From contig JBDKRG010000059.1 in the NCBI GenBank assembly GCA_039683515.1, forward strand, positions 38,615 through 102,614: 64,000 bases of DNA, read 5' to 3'. This DNA is from Candidatus Sumerlaeia bacterium (GTDB taxonomy: Bacteria > Sumerlaeota > Sumerlaeia > MVZB01). The notes under the pieces are model-generated. The model did no database searches. It worked only from the letters and a program-made list of their open reading frames with translations, and was not told the DNA's origin. Within the stretch, counting starts at the first letter, position 1, and each line of letters starts with the position of its first letter. Below, piece after piece: positions 29,146 to 38,483 of this stretch. Both the position numbers and the translations under genes were made by a program.

Positions 29146-30267
29146 ATGAATTTTTACGAGCAGATTCAGAGCCTGAACTTGAATGAAATCCGGGAGAGGA
29201 TCGAGCGCGCTTCTTCGATGGACGTCGAGCGCGCGCTCGCCCGCGAGCACCTCGAAATCCACGATCTCGCCGCGCTCTTTTCGCCCGCGGCCGCCCCTTT
29301 CATCGAGGAGCTCGCCCAGCGCAGCGCCGCGCTCACCGAGCGCCGCTTCGGCCGCGTCATCCAGCTCTACGCACCGCTTTACGTCTCCAACGAGTGCGTC
29401 AACAAGTGCGTCTACTGCGGATTTTCGCACGACGTCGGGATCCCGCGCCTCACGCTCACGGTCGAGCAGGCGGTCGCCGAGGCCGACGCGATCGCGCGCG
29501 AAGGTTTCCGGCACATCCTGCTCGTCGCAGGCGAGGACCGCCGCCATGTCAGCGTCCCCTACCTCGCCGAGATCGTGCGCCGACTCAACGACAGGTTCGC
29601 CGCGATCGCGATCGAGATCCAGCCGCTCAATGAAGACGAATACCGCGAGCTAGTCGCGGCCGGCGTCGACGGCCTCGCGATCTACCAGGAGACCTACGAC
29701 GAGGCACTCTACAAGACGCTCCACCCAGCCGGCCCCAAGCGCAATTACAAGGGGCGGCTCGAGGCGATCGAGGCGGGCGGCCGCGCCGGCATGCGCGCCC
29801 TCGGCATCGGCGCGCTCCTGGGCCTCGGCGACTGGCGCTTCGAGGCGGTGATGGTCGCCATGCACGGCCGCCACCTGGCGCGCCGGTTCTGGCGCAGCCG
29901 CGTGGCGATCAGCTTCCCGCGCATCCGCGGCAACGCGCACATGTTCCGACCCGAGCGCCTGCCGACCGACGCCGACCTCGTCCAGATGATCTGCGCGATG
30001 CGGCTGGTGCTGCCCGACGCCGAGCTGGTCATGTCGACGCGCGAAAACGCGAAGCTGCGCGACCGGCTCATCGGCCTCGGCATCACGCGCACGAGCGCCG
30101 GCAGCAAGACCAACCCCGGCGGCTACCAGATGGACGAAGCGATGGACAGCGGCGAGCAGTTCGCCGTCAGCGACCCGCGCCCGGCCGCCGAAGTCGCCGC
30201 GGCCATCGCCGCGCGCGGATTCGAACCGGTCTGGAAAGACTTCGACCGCAGCCTGGCCAAGTGCTGA
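29146..30267 (+). CDS. thiH: 2-iminoacetate synthase (tyrosine lyase), radical SAM
   Basis: Radical-SAM cluster motif NECVNKCVYCGF. Collinear with ThiH through to the C-terminus (…QFAVSDPRPAAEVAAAIAARGFEPVWKDFD). Confidence 0.9.
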   Translation: MNFYEQIQSLNLNEIRERIERASSMDVERALAREHLEIHDLAALFSPAAAPFIEELAQRSAALTERRFGRVIQLYAPLYVSNECVNKCVYCGFSHDVGIPRLTLTVEQAVAEADAIAREGFRHILLVAGEDRRHVSVPYLAEIVRRLNDRFAAIAIEIQPLNEDEYRELVAAGVDGLAIYQETYDEALYKTLHPAGPKRNYKGRLEAIEAGGRAGMRALGIGALLGLGDWRFEAVMVAMHGRHLARRFWRSRVAISFPRIRGNAHMFRPERLPTDADLVQMICAMRLVLPDAELVMSTRENAKLRDRLIGLGITRTSAGSKTNPGGYQMDEAMDSGEQFAVSDPRPAAEVAAAIAARGFEPVWKDFDRSLAKC

Positions 30268-30291
30268 TCATCAAGACCGCGCCTTGGCGGT

Positions 30292-30912
30292 TTAAAAATG
30301 ATCCATGCCAATCCGCTCGAGGATGCGCGCGACGGCCGCCGCGGGATCGGGCCGGCCGAAGACGCTTCGGATCGCGGCGATGCCGTACGCCCCGGCCCGC
30401 ATCACTTCCCCGATCCGCTCGGGCCCGATCCCGCCGAGCGCGATCACGGGCGATTGCGTTTTCCCGGTCAACTCGCGCAGCGGCTCCAGCCCGAGCGGAC
30501 GGCCCTTGCCCGGCGTCTCATAAATCGGGCTGAGCGTCACGTAATCGGCGCCGTCCGCGAACGCGTCGAGCGCCTCCCGGACCGAATGCGCCGACCAGCC
30601 GATGACGGCGCCCTCGCCCAGGGCCGCGCGCGCCTCGGCGATCGCCGGGCCGTTCGCGCCGAGGTGGATCCCATCGGCGCCGAGCATCCGCGCCAGCCCG
30701 ATCCGGCGATTGACGATCAGCTGCGCGCCGCAAGCCGTCGTCAGCGGCCGCAGCCAGCGGCATGATTCGAACAAATCGGCGTCGCTCACGGCCGATTTCT
30801 CGCGCAGCATGATCGCCGCCCGCCCGCCCCCGAGCGCCTGCATTACGATCGACTGGCAATCGTGTCGCGAAAAGAAACCCGGCGGCGTGATGGCGATCAG
30901 GCGAGCGATCAT
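30292..30912 (-). CDS. thiE: thiamine-phosphate synthase
   Basis: 206 aa with canonical ThiE motifs (AITPPG..., IMLREK, DGIHLG, YVTLSPIYETPGK, VIALGGI). Confidence 0.85.
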   Translation of the reverse strand: MIARLIAITPPGFFSRHDCQSIVMQALGGGRAAIMLREKSAVSDADLFESCRWLRPLTTACGAQLIVNRRIGLARMLGADGIHLGANGPAIAEARAALGEGAVIGWSAHSVREALDAFADGADYVTLSPIYETPGKGRPLGLEPLRELTGKTQSPVIALGGIGPERIGEVMRAGAYGIAAIRSVFGRPDPAAAVARILERIGMDHF

Positions 30913-30956
30913 CGTGGGTTGGGAATATCACGCAAAGCGTCAAGGCGCAAAGATTT

Positions 30957-31865
30957 TCACGCGGATGCGTCTTTGGAAAAGAAACGCTCGAACGCCGTCT
31001 CGATGTCCGGGTCGCGGAATTCGAACCCGCCCGCCAACAGGCTCCTGGGGAAGACCCGGGCGCTGGCCAGGATCGTCTCCTCGGCCATCTGCCCGAACAT
31101 CAGGCGCAGCGCGGTCGCCGGCGTCGGGACGAGCGCCGGCCGCCCGAGCGCCTTGCCCAGCTCGGACGCGAATTCGGCCTGCCGGACCGGGTTGGGCGCG
31201 ACGGCGTTGATCGCCCCCCGGACGCTCTCGTTCGCCAGGACGTGGTCCATCATCCAGACCACGTCGTCGAGCGTGATCCAGCTGATGTATTGTTTCCCGC
31301 TCCCTATCCGACCGCCAATGCCCGATTTAAAATACGGCAGCATCTTCGCGAGCGCGCCGCCGTGCGGGTCGAGCACCACCCCGAACCGCGCGCGCACGAC
31401 GCGGACCCCGGCGCGCTCGGCCGGCTCGGTCGCCGCTTCCCAGTCCCGGCAGACGTCGGCGAGGTAGCCGCTCCCGGGCGCGCTCGACTCGTCGAGCGGC
31501 TCGTCGCCGCGGTTTCCGTAAATCCCGACCGCCGACGCATTGACGAGAACCCGCGGCCGCCGCCCGACCGCGGCGATCGCCTCGGCCAGGAGCTGGGTGC
31601 TCACGACGCGGCTGTCGCGCATCGAGCGCTTGCGCTCCTCGGTCCAGCGGCCGGCGGCGATGTTTTCGCCCGCCAGGTTGATGACCGCGTCGGCCTCCTC
31701 CAGCACCGAACGGTCGAACCGCCCCGAGGCCGGCTGCCAGAAGACCGCCTCATCGCCGGGCGGCTGCGAGCGCACCATGCGCACGACCTCGTGCCCCCCG
31801 GCGCGCAGGTGCGCCACCAGGCGATTGCCGATGAAACCACCCGAACCGCTGATGAAAATTTTCAT
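30957..31865 (-). CDS. TIGR01777/YfcH-type NAD-dependent epimerase family protein (SDR with C-terminal DUF1731)
   Basis: MKIFISGSGGFIG Rossmann motif. Pattern typical of the YfcH family. Confidence 0.75.
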   Translation of the reverse strand: MKIFISGSGGFIGNRLVAHLRAGGHEVVRMVRSQPPGDEAVFWQPASGRFDRSVLEEADAVINLAGENIAAGRWTEERKRSMRDSRVVSTQLLAEAIAAVGRRPRVLVNASAVGIYGNRGDEPLDESSAPGSGYLADVCRDWEAATEPAERAGVRVVRARFGVVLDPHGGALAKMLPYFKSGIGGRIGSGKQYISWITLDDVVWMMDHVLANESVRGAINAVAPNPVRQAEFASELGKALGRPALVPTPATALRLMFGQMAEETILASARVFPRSLLAGGFEFRDPDIETAFERFFSKDASA

Positions 31866-31889
31866 CGCGCCACCCCGGGCGCGCCGGGC

Positions 31890-32783
31890 CTACGCGCCGA
31901 CCGGCGTCGGCGCGACGGAACCGCCGCGCAGCGTTCTTGCGAATCCGACCAGATGACCCAGAGTATCACAAAACGCCGCGTAGCGCATTTGCTGGCGAAT
32001 CTCGCGGGTCAGCTCGTGGCCGGCCACGACCAGCGCGACCCCGGTCTCCTCGGCCGTGGCGGCCAGCGTGTCGTACTGCTTGACGAAGGACGGGGGGGCC
32101 GAGACCTGCCCGACCGCGAGCCAGAAGAGCCTCGGGCGCAGGTCGCGCAGCAGCTCGCTGAGCGAACCCAGCGGCGCCTCGCACCCCAGCGACTCCGTCC
32201 GCCACCCGATCTCGCGCAGCGAGACGTCCATCATCGCCGTGGTCACGCCGAGCAACCGCTCGCCATGCATGCCGCAGCCGATCGCCAGCGAGGCCGTCTC
32301 GGCCGGGCGCTGCAGGCTCAGCCGCAACTCCCCGATCCAGCGCTCGATCATCTGCACCATGCGCATCTGCTGGTAGGGCTTGATCCGCCCCTGCGCGAAG
32401 GACTGCTCGAGATCGAGCAGGATCGGCGAGAGGGCCTTGTCGAAAATATCGCGCGCCTTCATGCCGGCCATGAACAGGTTCAGGCCGACCCGGCGGAAAC
32501 TCTCCTCGTCGCCCTCGAGCAGGGCCCGCAGCATCAGCTTGCGGCAGCGCTCGATGGCCAGGTTGCTGGTGGCCGTGGCCGGCGGCATGCCGAGCAGGTC
32601 CGGCCTCAGCAGCGGGTGGCCGCTTTTGAGCAGATACTGGATGACGCCGCTGACCGGCAGCCGGCGGTGGCCGCCCACGGTCCGGATCGTCGGGATCAAT
32701 CCCTTGTCGCACCACCGTTTGAGCGATGCGTCGCTGACGCCAAGCGCCATGGCCACTTGCCGTGTCGTAAGATGTTTAATCAT
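31890..32783 (-). CDS. MerR-family transcriptional regulator with C-terminal B12-binding-like domain (CarH/LitR type)
   Basis: N-terminal HTH LTTRQVAMALGVSDASLKRWCDKGLI. C-terminal Rossmann-like B12-binding-type domain. ATG at 32783 preferred over the track start 32813 (no ribosome-binding site there). Confidence 0.6.
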   Translation of the reverse strand: MIKHLTTRQVAMALGVSDASLKRWCDKGLIPTIRTVGGHRRLPVSGVIQYLLKSGHPLLRPDLLGMPPATATSNLAIERCRKLMLRALLEGDEESFRRVGLNLFMAGMKARDIFDKALSPILLDLEQSFAQGRIKPYQQMRMVQMIERWIGELRLSLQRPAETASLAIGCGMHGERLLGVTTAMMDVSLREIGWRTESLGCEAPLGSLSELLRDLRPRLFWLAVGQVSAPPSFVKQYDTLAATAEETGVALVVAGHELTREIRQQMRYAAFCDTLGHLVGFARTLRGGSVAPTPVGA

Positions 32784-33167
32784 AGGGGTGATCTCTTTTC
32801 TACGGTCGATCATATTGAATTGATCGATTTATACCACCTTCCGCCGTGTCTGTAAATACCCTATTTGATCTTTGTGTCGTAATTTGATGCTGGAGCGGTG
32901 TTGCTCGGATCTTATTTATTCTCAGTGCCATACAACACAATAAAGCCTTCTTTCGAAGCCCGGGAATCAATCGGATTTCATGACATAAATAATACTAAAT
33001 GAATATGGCACATTGAACGATTTGCACGAATTGCGAGCCGCGCCGTGGAGGGGACTTGAACCACCTGGCGTGCCGAACGGCCCCGCCTTTCCCTTTTTCC
33101 GATGCAAAAACCGACCGCTATGATAAATTTTCAGCGGTATTGAACCCAACAAGGGCCGATTCGCCTG

Positions 33168-34946
33168 ATGAAGCCGATCGTCATCGCCGAACAAATCCGC
33201 AAAAAGTATTCCCTGCATGCCGACGCCAACCGGCATTACGGCGTGGCCGACCTGTTCCGCGAGCTGACCGGCCGGCGCTCGTCCAACGCGCTGCGCCCGG
33301 ACGAGTTCTGGGCGGTCGACGGCATCTCGTTCTACCTCAACCCCGGCGACTCGATCGCGCTGGTCGGCCGCAACGGCTCGGGCAAGAGCACCATGCTCAA
33401 GCTCCTGGCCGGCCTCATCAAGCCCGACGACGGCGTGATCCAGATCAACGGCCGCGTCCAGGGGCTCATCAACCTGGGCGCCGGGTTCAGCCCGCGCCTT
33501 TCCGGGCGCGAGAACATCATGAACGGGGCGGCGCTCATGGGCCTCAGCCGCAAGCGCACCCTCGCGATCATGGACGAGATCGTCGACTTCGCCGAGTTGG
33601 GCGAGTTCATCGACAGCCCGGTCTCGACCTACAGCTCCGGCATGTATGCGCGCCTCGGCTTCTCGGTCGCCGTCCACCTCGACCCGCAGATCCTCCTCAT
33701 CGACGAGATCCTGTCGGTCGGCGACTTCGCGTTCCAGAACAAGTGCTTCGTCAAGATGCACGAGATCAAGAAGCGCGGCGCCACGATCGTCCTCGTCTCG
33801 CACAGCTTCACGCACGTCAACCAGATCTGCGACCAGGCGCTGTGGCTCGACCGCGGCCGGCTCGTCCAGGCCGGCGCCGCCGGCGACGTCACCAAGGCCT
33901 ACATGGAGCACCTCGAGGCCCGGCAGGTCGACGAGCTCAAGCGCCTGAACGAGGCCCAGGCCGGCCCCTCGACCAGCCGCACGCTCCAGGGCCTGTACGG
34001 CCCCATTTACGACGAGTTCGACAAGATCTCCGACCTGGAGTTCTCGTTCAGCTCCGGCGGCGGCGAGACCGACGTCGTCCGCACCCACGACGAGCTCCAG
34101 ATCGAATACCGCTTCACGCTCAACCAGCCCGTCACCGACCTGAACGTCTCGCTCGTCTTCATCCGCAAGGACGGCCTGTGGATGACGGCGATCTCGACGC
34201 TCAACGGCGACCTGGTCAGGGAAATCCACGACGGCCAGGTCCACTGCCGCGTGCGCATCGCCGACTGCCACCTGAACCCCGGCAACTACGTCCTCGTCAT
34301 GCCCGTGCACGAGGGCAAGAGCTACCTGTGGCGCAACATCGTCAAGGAGTTCGTCGTGGTGAGCCGCGAGCGGTTCACGTGGCACCTGACCGATTTCGAT
34401 TACTCCTACGAGGTCCTCAACGGCTCGACCGAGGGCCCGCTCCTGACCGAGCACAGTGAAGCCGCGCCGAAGCACGCGGCGGATGCGTCGACCAGCCCCA
34501 ACGACTCGGTCCGGCCGCTACATTTCCCGTACGAATACTCGATGGGCACGCTGCGGATGCGGCCGGCGGGCTCGACCGTCTGGGAATGGGAAGACCTCGG
34601 CGAGGCGATCGGCCGGGTGTTCGCCCCGAGGGACAAAGAACTGCTCCTGGTCGTCGGCGCGGACGCGGCCGGCCGGCTCTTCGGCCTGAGCCGACTGGCC
34701 CCGGACGACCTGTTCGGGCTGCACCTGGCGCGCACGCCCGTCCGCGACCAGGACCTGGCGCACCTGGCCCGCTTCACCGGCCTGCGCACGCTCGAGCTGC
34801 GCCACACCGAGATTACCGACCGCGCCCTCGAATCGCTCGCGCCGCTGAGGAGCTTGAAAACGCTGGCGCTTCCGGCCACCATCAGCGAGAAGGCCATGAA
34901 CCGGTTGCGTGAAACGCTCCCAGGCTGCACATTGATTCAGAACTGA
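33168..34946 (+). CDS. orphan Wzt-like polysaccharide ABC exporter ATPase with C-terminal jelly-roll-like domain and LRR-like tail module
   Basis: Walker A GRNGSGKST, YSSGM, Walker B LLIDE. Residues ~250-440 form a Wzt-C-like domain. The C-terminal ~140 aa (…WEWEDLGEAIG…LRTLELRHTEITD…LKTLALPATISEKAMNRLRETLPGC) is repeated twice in the glycosyltransferase at 38484. No adjacent wzm permease. Confidence 0.8.
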   Translation: MKPIVIAEQIRKKYSLHADANRHYGVADLFRELTGRRSSNALRPDEFWAVDGISFYLNPGDSIALVGRNGSGKSTMLKLLAGLIKPDDGVIQINGRVQGLINLGAGFSPRLSGRENIMNGAALMGLSRKRTLAIMDEIVDFAELGEFIDSPVSTYSSGMYARLGFSVAVHLDPQILLIDEILSVGDFAFQNKCFVKMHEIKKRGATIVLVSHSFTHVNQICDQALWLDRGRLVQAGAAGDVTKAYMEHLEARQVDELKRLNEAQAGPSTSRTLQGLYGPIYDEFDKISDLEFSFSSGGGETDVVRTHDELQIEYRFTLNQPVTDLNVSLVFIRKDGLWMTAISTLNGDLVREIHDGQVHCRVRIADCHLNPGNYVLVMPVHEGKSYLWRNIVKEFVVVSRERFTWHLTDFDYSYEVLNGSTEGPLLTEHSEAAPKHAADASTSPNDSVRPLHFPYEYSMGTLRMRPAGSTVWEWEDLGEAIGRVFAPRDKELLLVVGADAAGRLFGLSRLAPDDLFGLHLARTPVRDQDLAHLARFTGLRTLELRHTEITDRALESLAPLRSLKTLALPATISEKAMNRLRETLPGCTLIQN

Positions 34947-34963
34947 ACGGGAACCGGCACGAG

Positions 34964-37900
34964 ATGAGCCAACTCACCAGCTCAATGCGAAAGATTGCCG
35001 GCCGCGCCCTGTCCCTCCACCCGGCGCTGGCGCGCCTCGCCGCGCGCATCGCCATCGACGACCGCCTCATCCCGTACCTGTTCGGCGACCCGCGCCTGCC
35101 GCTGCGGCTGAGCCTCGACGCTTCGCTGATGCGCGAGTTCCTCGCGCTGGCCGGCGACGACCGGCTGCTGGGCGCGATCCTCGACGAGCCGCTCCTGGGC
35201 GAGCGCATTTACCTGAGCGAGCCCGCGCTGCGCCAGCTCCGGTCCAACCCGCGCGTCCAGCATTTCCTCCTGCTCGACGACCAGGTCCTGCGATACGTCT
35301 GCAAGTCCAAGGAAGCCGCCGCGAAGCTCGCGGTCCATGCCGGCCTGCGCGAGCTGCTTCTGGCCGAGCAGCCGTTCCGGGAATGGGCGGCCCGAAACGA
35401 ACACGTTCTCCAGCTGATCCTCGGCCGCGAGGACATCGTCGAGAAATTCATCGCCGCGGACGGCCTCCTCGCGCGCATCGTCCGCCACCCGGCGCTGTTC
35501 GAGGGCGTCATCGCGGATAAGGATGTCCTCGCGCGCATCGTCCGTGACGAGCGCGTGGTCCGGCGCGGCCTCGCCGAGCCGTCGTGGCCCGCGATGGCGA
35601 CGGCCGAGTTGCTCAAGCGGTTCTCCGCCGACCCATCGATCCTCGATTCGATCATCAACGATGAATCCGTTGCCGACCGCTCGTACGCGAGCGAGCCGAT
35701 CCGCCGCCGCATTCACGCCGATATCCCCCTGTTTCTCGAAATCGCGAACTCCGGTTCAGGTCTTGCCGCGATCTCGGCCGACCGGCCACTCCTCCTCCGC
35801 ATCTTGAATGAGGCCGGCATCGAGGCGATCTTGGCGCATCCGGTGTTGCTCGATCGCGTCCTCGCCGACCCGCGCGCCTTCGACCGGATCCTGGGTCACG
35901 CCGGCCTCATCGCCCAACTGCTCCGGAACGAAACGGTCATCGATCAGCTTTTGGCGGACGATGAGCTGCTCCACAAGTTGCTTTCGAACGACGCGGCGTG
36001 GACGGCTCTGTTTGGCGATGATCTCTTCATCGATCGCATGATCGGCAACGGGCGCGTCTTCGAAAAAATCATCGCCGACGATCGGCTGCTTGCACGGCTT
36101 GTCGCGCACGACCGCGCCTTCGACAAGATCCTCGCCGACGACCGACTCCTGGCCCAACTCGTCGCGCATGATCGCGCATTCGCTCGCATCATCGCGAACG
36201 ACCGGCTCCTCGCCCGGCTCGTGGCCCATGACCGGGCGTTCGAGAAGATCGTCGCGAACGAACAACTCCTGTCGCGCCTGATCGCCGACGAACGCGCATT
36301 CGATATCATGATCGCCAACGACCGGCTCCTCGCCCGGCTCGTGGCCCACAATCGGGCGTTCGAGAAGATCGTCGCGAACGAACAGCTCCTGGCGCGCCTG
36401 ATCGCCGACGACCGCGCGTTCGGCCTCATCATCGCAAACGACCGACTGCTCGCCAAAGTCATCGATCACGACCGCGCATTCGGCGTCATCGTTGCCCATG
36501 ACGCGTTGCTGGTCAAAATCGTCGGCAACGAACGCGCATTCGAAAAGATTGCCGCGAACGAACGGCTCCTGGCGCGCCTGATCGCCGACGACCGCGCATT
36601 CGATATCATGATCGCAAACGACCGGCTTCTCGCCCGCCTGATCGCCCATGACCGCGCGTTCGGTTTCATCGTTGCTCATGACGCGTTGCTGGTTCAAATC
36701 GTCGGCAACGAACGCGCGTTCGAAAAGATTGCCGCGAACGAACAGCTCCTGGCGCGCCTGATCGCCGACGACCGCGCATTCGAAAAAATCACCGCCAACG
36801 AGCGGCTCCTGGCGCGGCTCGTCTCCGATCGCCGCGCCTTCGGCAAGATCCTCGACGACGAACAACTGCTCGCAAAGGTCGTCGCAAACGACCGGGCATT
36901 CGGCAAAATTCTCGCCGACGATCAGCTCCTCGCAAAACTCCTCTCGAACGAGCGCGCCTTCGGCCTTGTCATCGCCGACGGCCAACTCGTCTCGAGGCTT
37001 GTCTCGCATGAGGGCGCTTTCGATAAAATCATCGACGACGAACGACTCCTGGCCCGCATCATCCTCAGCGACCGCGCGTTCAATGCCATCGTCGCCGACG
37101 GCAATCTGCTTTCGCGCATCGTTTCCGACGAGCGCGCATTCGGCTTCATCCTCGCCGACGATCAGCTCATTGCGCGCGTCGTCTTGCATGATCGAGCCTT
37201 CGGCTTCATCGTCTCGAACGAACCGCTGCTCGACCGGCTCCTCGCGCACGCCCGCGCCTTCGAAGGAATCCTGTCGGATGACCGGCTCCTGGCCCGCGTC
37301 GTCACGAACGAGCGCGCGTTCGATCAAATCGTCGCCGATGAAAATCTCTTCAAGCGCCTTGTCGCGAACGAGCGGGCGCTCAAGGTGATTTTCGCCAACG
37401 AGTCGCTCTCCAAACGCATGTTCACCCACCCGAAGACCTCGGACTGGGTCAGGCAGACCCCGTCCATCTTCAGCCGGGTGGTCCTCAACGAGCAGGGCGC
37501 GCGCAAGATCATGACCAACCCGATCCTGGCGGCCAACCGGCCGATCGGCGGGCTCATGGAGGCGCACGCCGAATTCGACCGGATCTGGCTCGAAATCCAG
37601 CCGCACGTCGATTCGTCGCGGCCCGGGTTCGACGACCGCCTCCAGGAGGCGCTGAAAAAGCTCACGAAAATCGAGGACGTCCAGAGGACGCTGCTCGACA
37701 TCATTTGCGACGGCAACCGCGCGTATCTGAACGGCGCGACGATCGCGTTTACCGACCGGTTCTCGTTCTGGACCGAGCTCAACGAGATCATGCTCGACGA
37801 GGATTATTACTTCGAGACCGACGCCGCCAAGCCGCGCATCCTCGACTGCGGCACGAACTTCGGCCTCGCGATCTATTACTTCAAGCGTCTCTACCCGTCG

Positions 37901-38440
37901 GCCCGCGTGACAGGGTTCGAGCCCGTCCCGTCGCTCTGCCGGATGGCCCGCGCCAACGTGCGCGACAATGGCTTTAAAAACGTCAGGATCCACAAATACG
38001 CCGTCGCCGCGCAGCCCGGCCGCAAAAGATTCTACGAATCGAAATCATTCCCGATGGCGGGCTCGCTCACCGCGCGCCGGGTCGAGTTCGGCGACGATGT
38101 CGCCGAGATCAAGGTCGAATGCAGGCCGCTGAGCGAGTTCCTGGAGGAGCCGGTCCATTTCCTCAAGCTCGACATCGAGGGCTCGGAGGACTCGGTCCTG
38201 GCCGAGGCCGCCGCGCGGCTGCCGATGGTCCACAACATGTTCATCGAATACCACCACGGCGCGGGCGCTCCGGACGGCCGCCTCACCACCATCCTGCAAC
38301 TGCTCGACCGCTCCGGTTTCGACTGGCAGATCGGCAAGTCGTTCCACTTCGGCCGCCAGTCGCGCCGCCGCGCGCTCAGTTTCGCCGGCCGGCCCTTCAG
38401 CCTCAACATCTGGGCAAAGAACCGAGCACTCAACGACTGA
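34964..38440 (+). CDS. giant 20-residue tandem-repeat protein fused to C-terminal FkbM-family methyltransferase
   Basis: 1158 aa. At least ~25 clear units of consensus DRAFxKIxANxxLLARLIAD (60-nt DNA period) plus degenerate units. The C-terminal ~250 aa carry FkbM-type methyltransferase motifs (ILDCGTNFG…, FLKLDIEGSE). Confidence 0.75.
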   Translation: MSQLTSSMRKIAGRALSLHPALARLAARIAIDDRLIPYLFGDPRLPLRLSLDASLMREFLALAGDDRLLGAILDEPLLGERIYLSEPALRQLRSNPRVQHFLLLDDQVLRYVCKSKEAAAKLAVHAGLRELLLAEQPFREWAARNEHVLQLILGREDIVEKFIAADGLLARIVRHPALFEGVIADKDVLARIVRDERVVRRGLAEPSWPAMATAELLKRFSADPSILDSIINDESVADRSYASEPIRRRIHADIPLFLEIANSGSGLAAISADRPLLLRILNEAGIEAILAHPVLLDRVLADPRAFDRILGHAGLIAQLLRNETVIDQLLADDELLHKLLSNDAAWTALFGDDLFIDRMIGNGRVFEKIIADDRLLARLVAHDRAFDKILADDRLLAQLVAHDRAFARIIANDRLLARLVAHDRAFEKIVANEQLLSRLIADERAFDIMIANDRLLARLVAHNRAFEKIVANEQLLARLIADDRAFGLIIANDRLLAKVIDHDRAFGVIVAHDALLVKIVGNERAFEKIAANERLLARLIADDRAFDIMIANDRLLARLIAHDRAFGFIVAHDALLVQIVGNERAFEKIAANEQLLARLIADDRAFEKITANERLLARLVSDRRAFGKILDDEQLLAKVVANDRAFGKILADDQLLAKLLSNERAFGLVIADGQLVSRLVSHEGAFDKIIDDERLLARIILSDRAFNAIVADGNLLSRIVSDERAFGFILADDQLIARVVLHDRAFGFIVSNEPLLDRLLAHARAFEGILSDDRLLARVVTNERAFDQIVADENLFKRLVANERALKVIFANESLSKRMFTHPKTSDWVRQTPSIFSRVVLNEQGARKIMTNPILAANRPIGGLMEAHAEFDRIWLEIQPHVDSSRPGFDDRLQEALKKLTKIEDVQRTLLDIICDGNRAYLNGATIAFTDRFSFWTELNEIMLDEDYYFETDAAKPRILDCGTNFGLAIYYFKRLYPSARVTGFEPVPSLCRMARANVRDNGFKNVRIHKYAVAAQPGRKRFYESKSFPMAGSLTARRVEFGDDVAEIKVECRPLSEFLEEPVHFLKLDIEGSEDSVLAEAAARLPMVHNMFIEYHHGAGAPDGRLTTILQLLDRSGFDWQIGKSFHFGRQSRRRALSFAGRPFSLNIWAKNRALND
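35790..37440 (+). repeat. coding 60-bp tandem repeat array (120-bp near-identical super-units in places)
   Basis: For example, 36290-36410 nearly duplicates 36170-36290. The repeats also keep the antisense frame open (track ORF 35756..37993 minus), which I treat as an artefact. Confidence 0.85.
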
Positions 38441-38483
38441 CGGATTTTATTCATCACTCCTCATTCATCTTTAGGAATTTAAA

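Noticed and set aside
32967-34475. 502-aa minus ORF opposite the Wzt-like ATPase
   Set aside because: Antisense to a gene with unambiguous Walker/ABC motifs. Low-complexity translation.
35790-37440. Possible CRISPR array (regular 60-bp repeats)
   Set aside because: The repeats are in-frame coding units of one large ORF with protein-level periodicity. There are no unique spacers and no cas genes. No CRISPR array was found anywhere in the window.
35756-37993. 745-aa minus ORF across the tandem-repeat region
   Set aside because: The reverse frame stays open because of the 60-bp periodic repeat. The sense frame ends in a bona fide FkbM domain, so the antisense ORF is an artefact.
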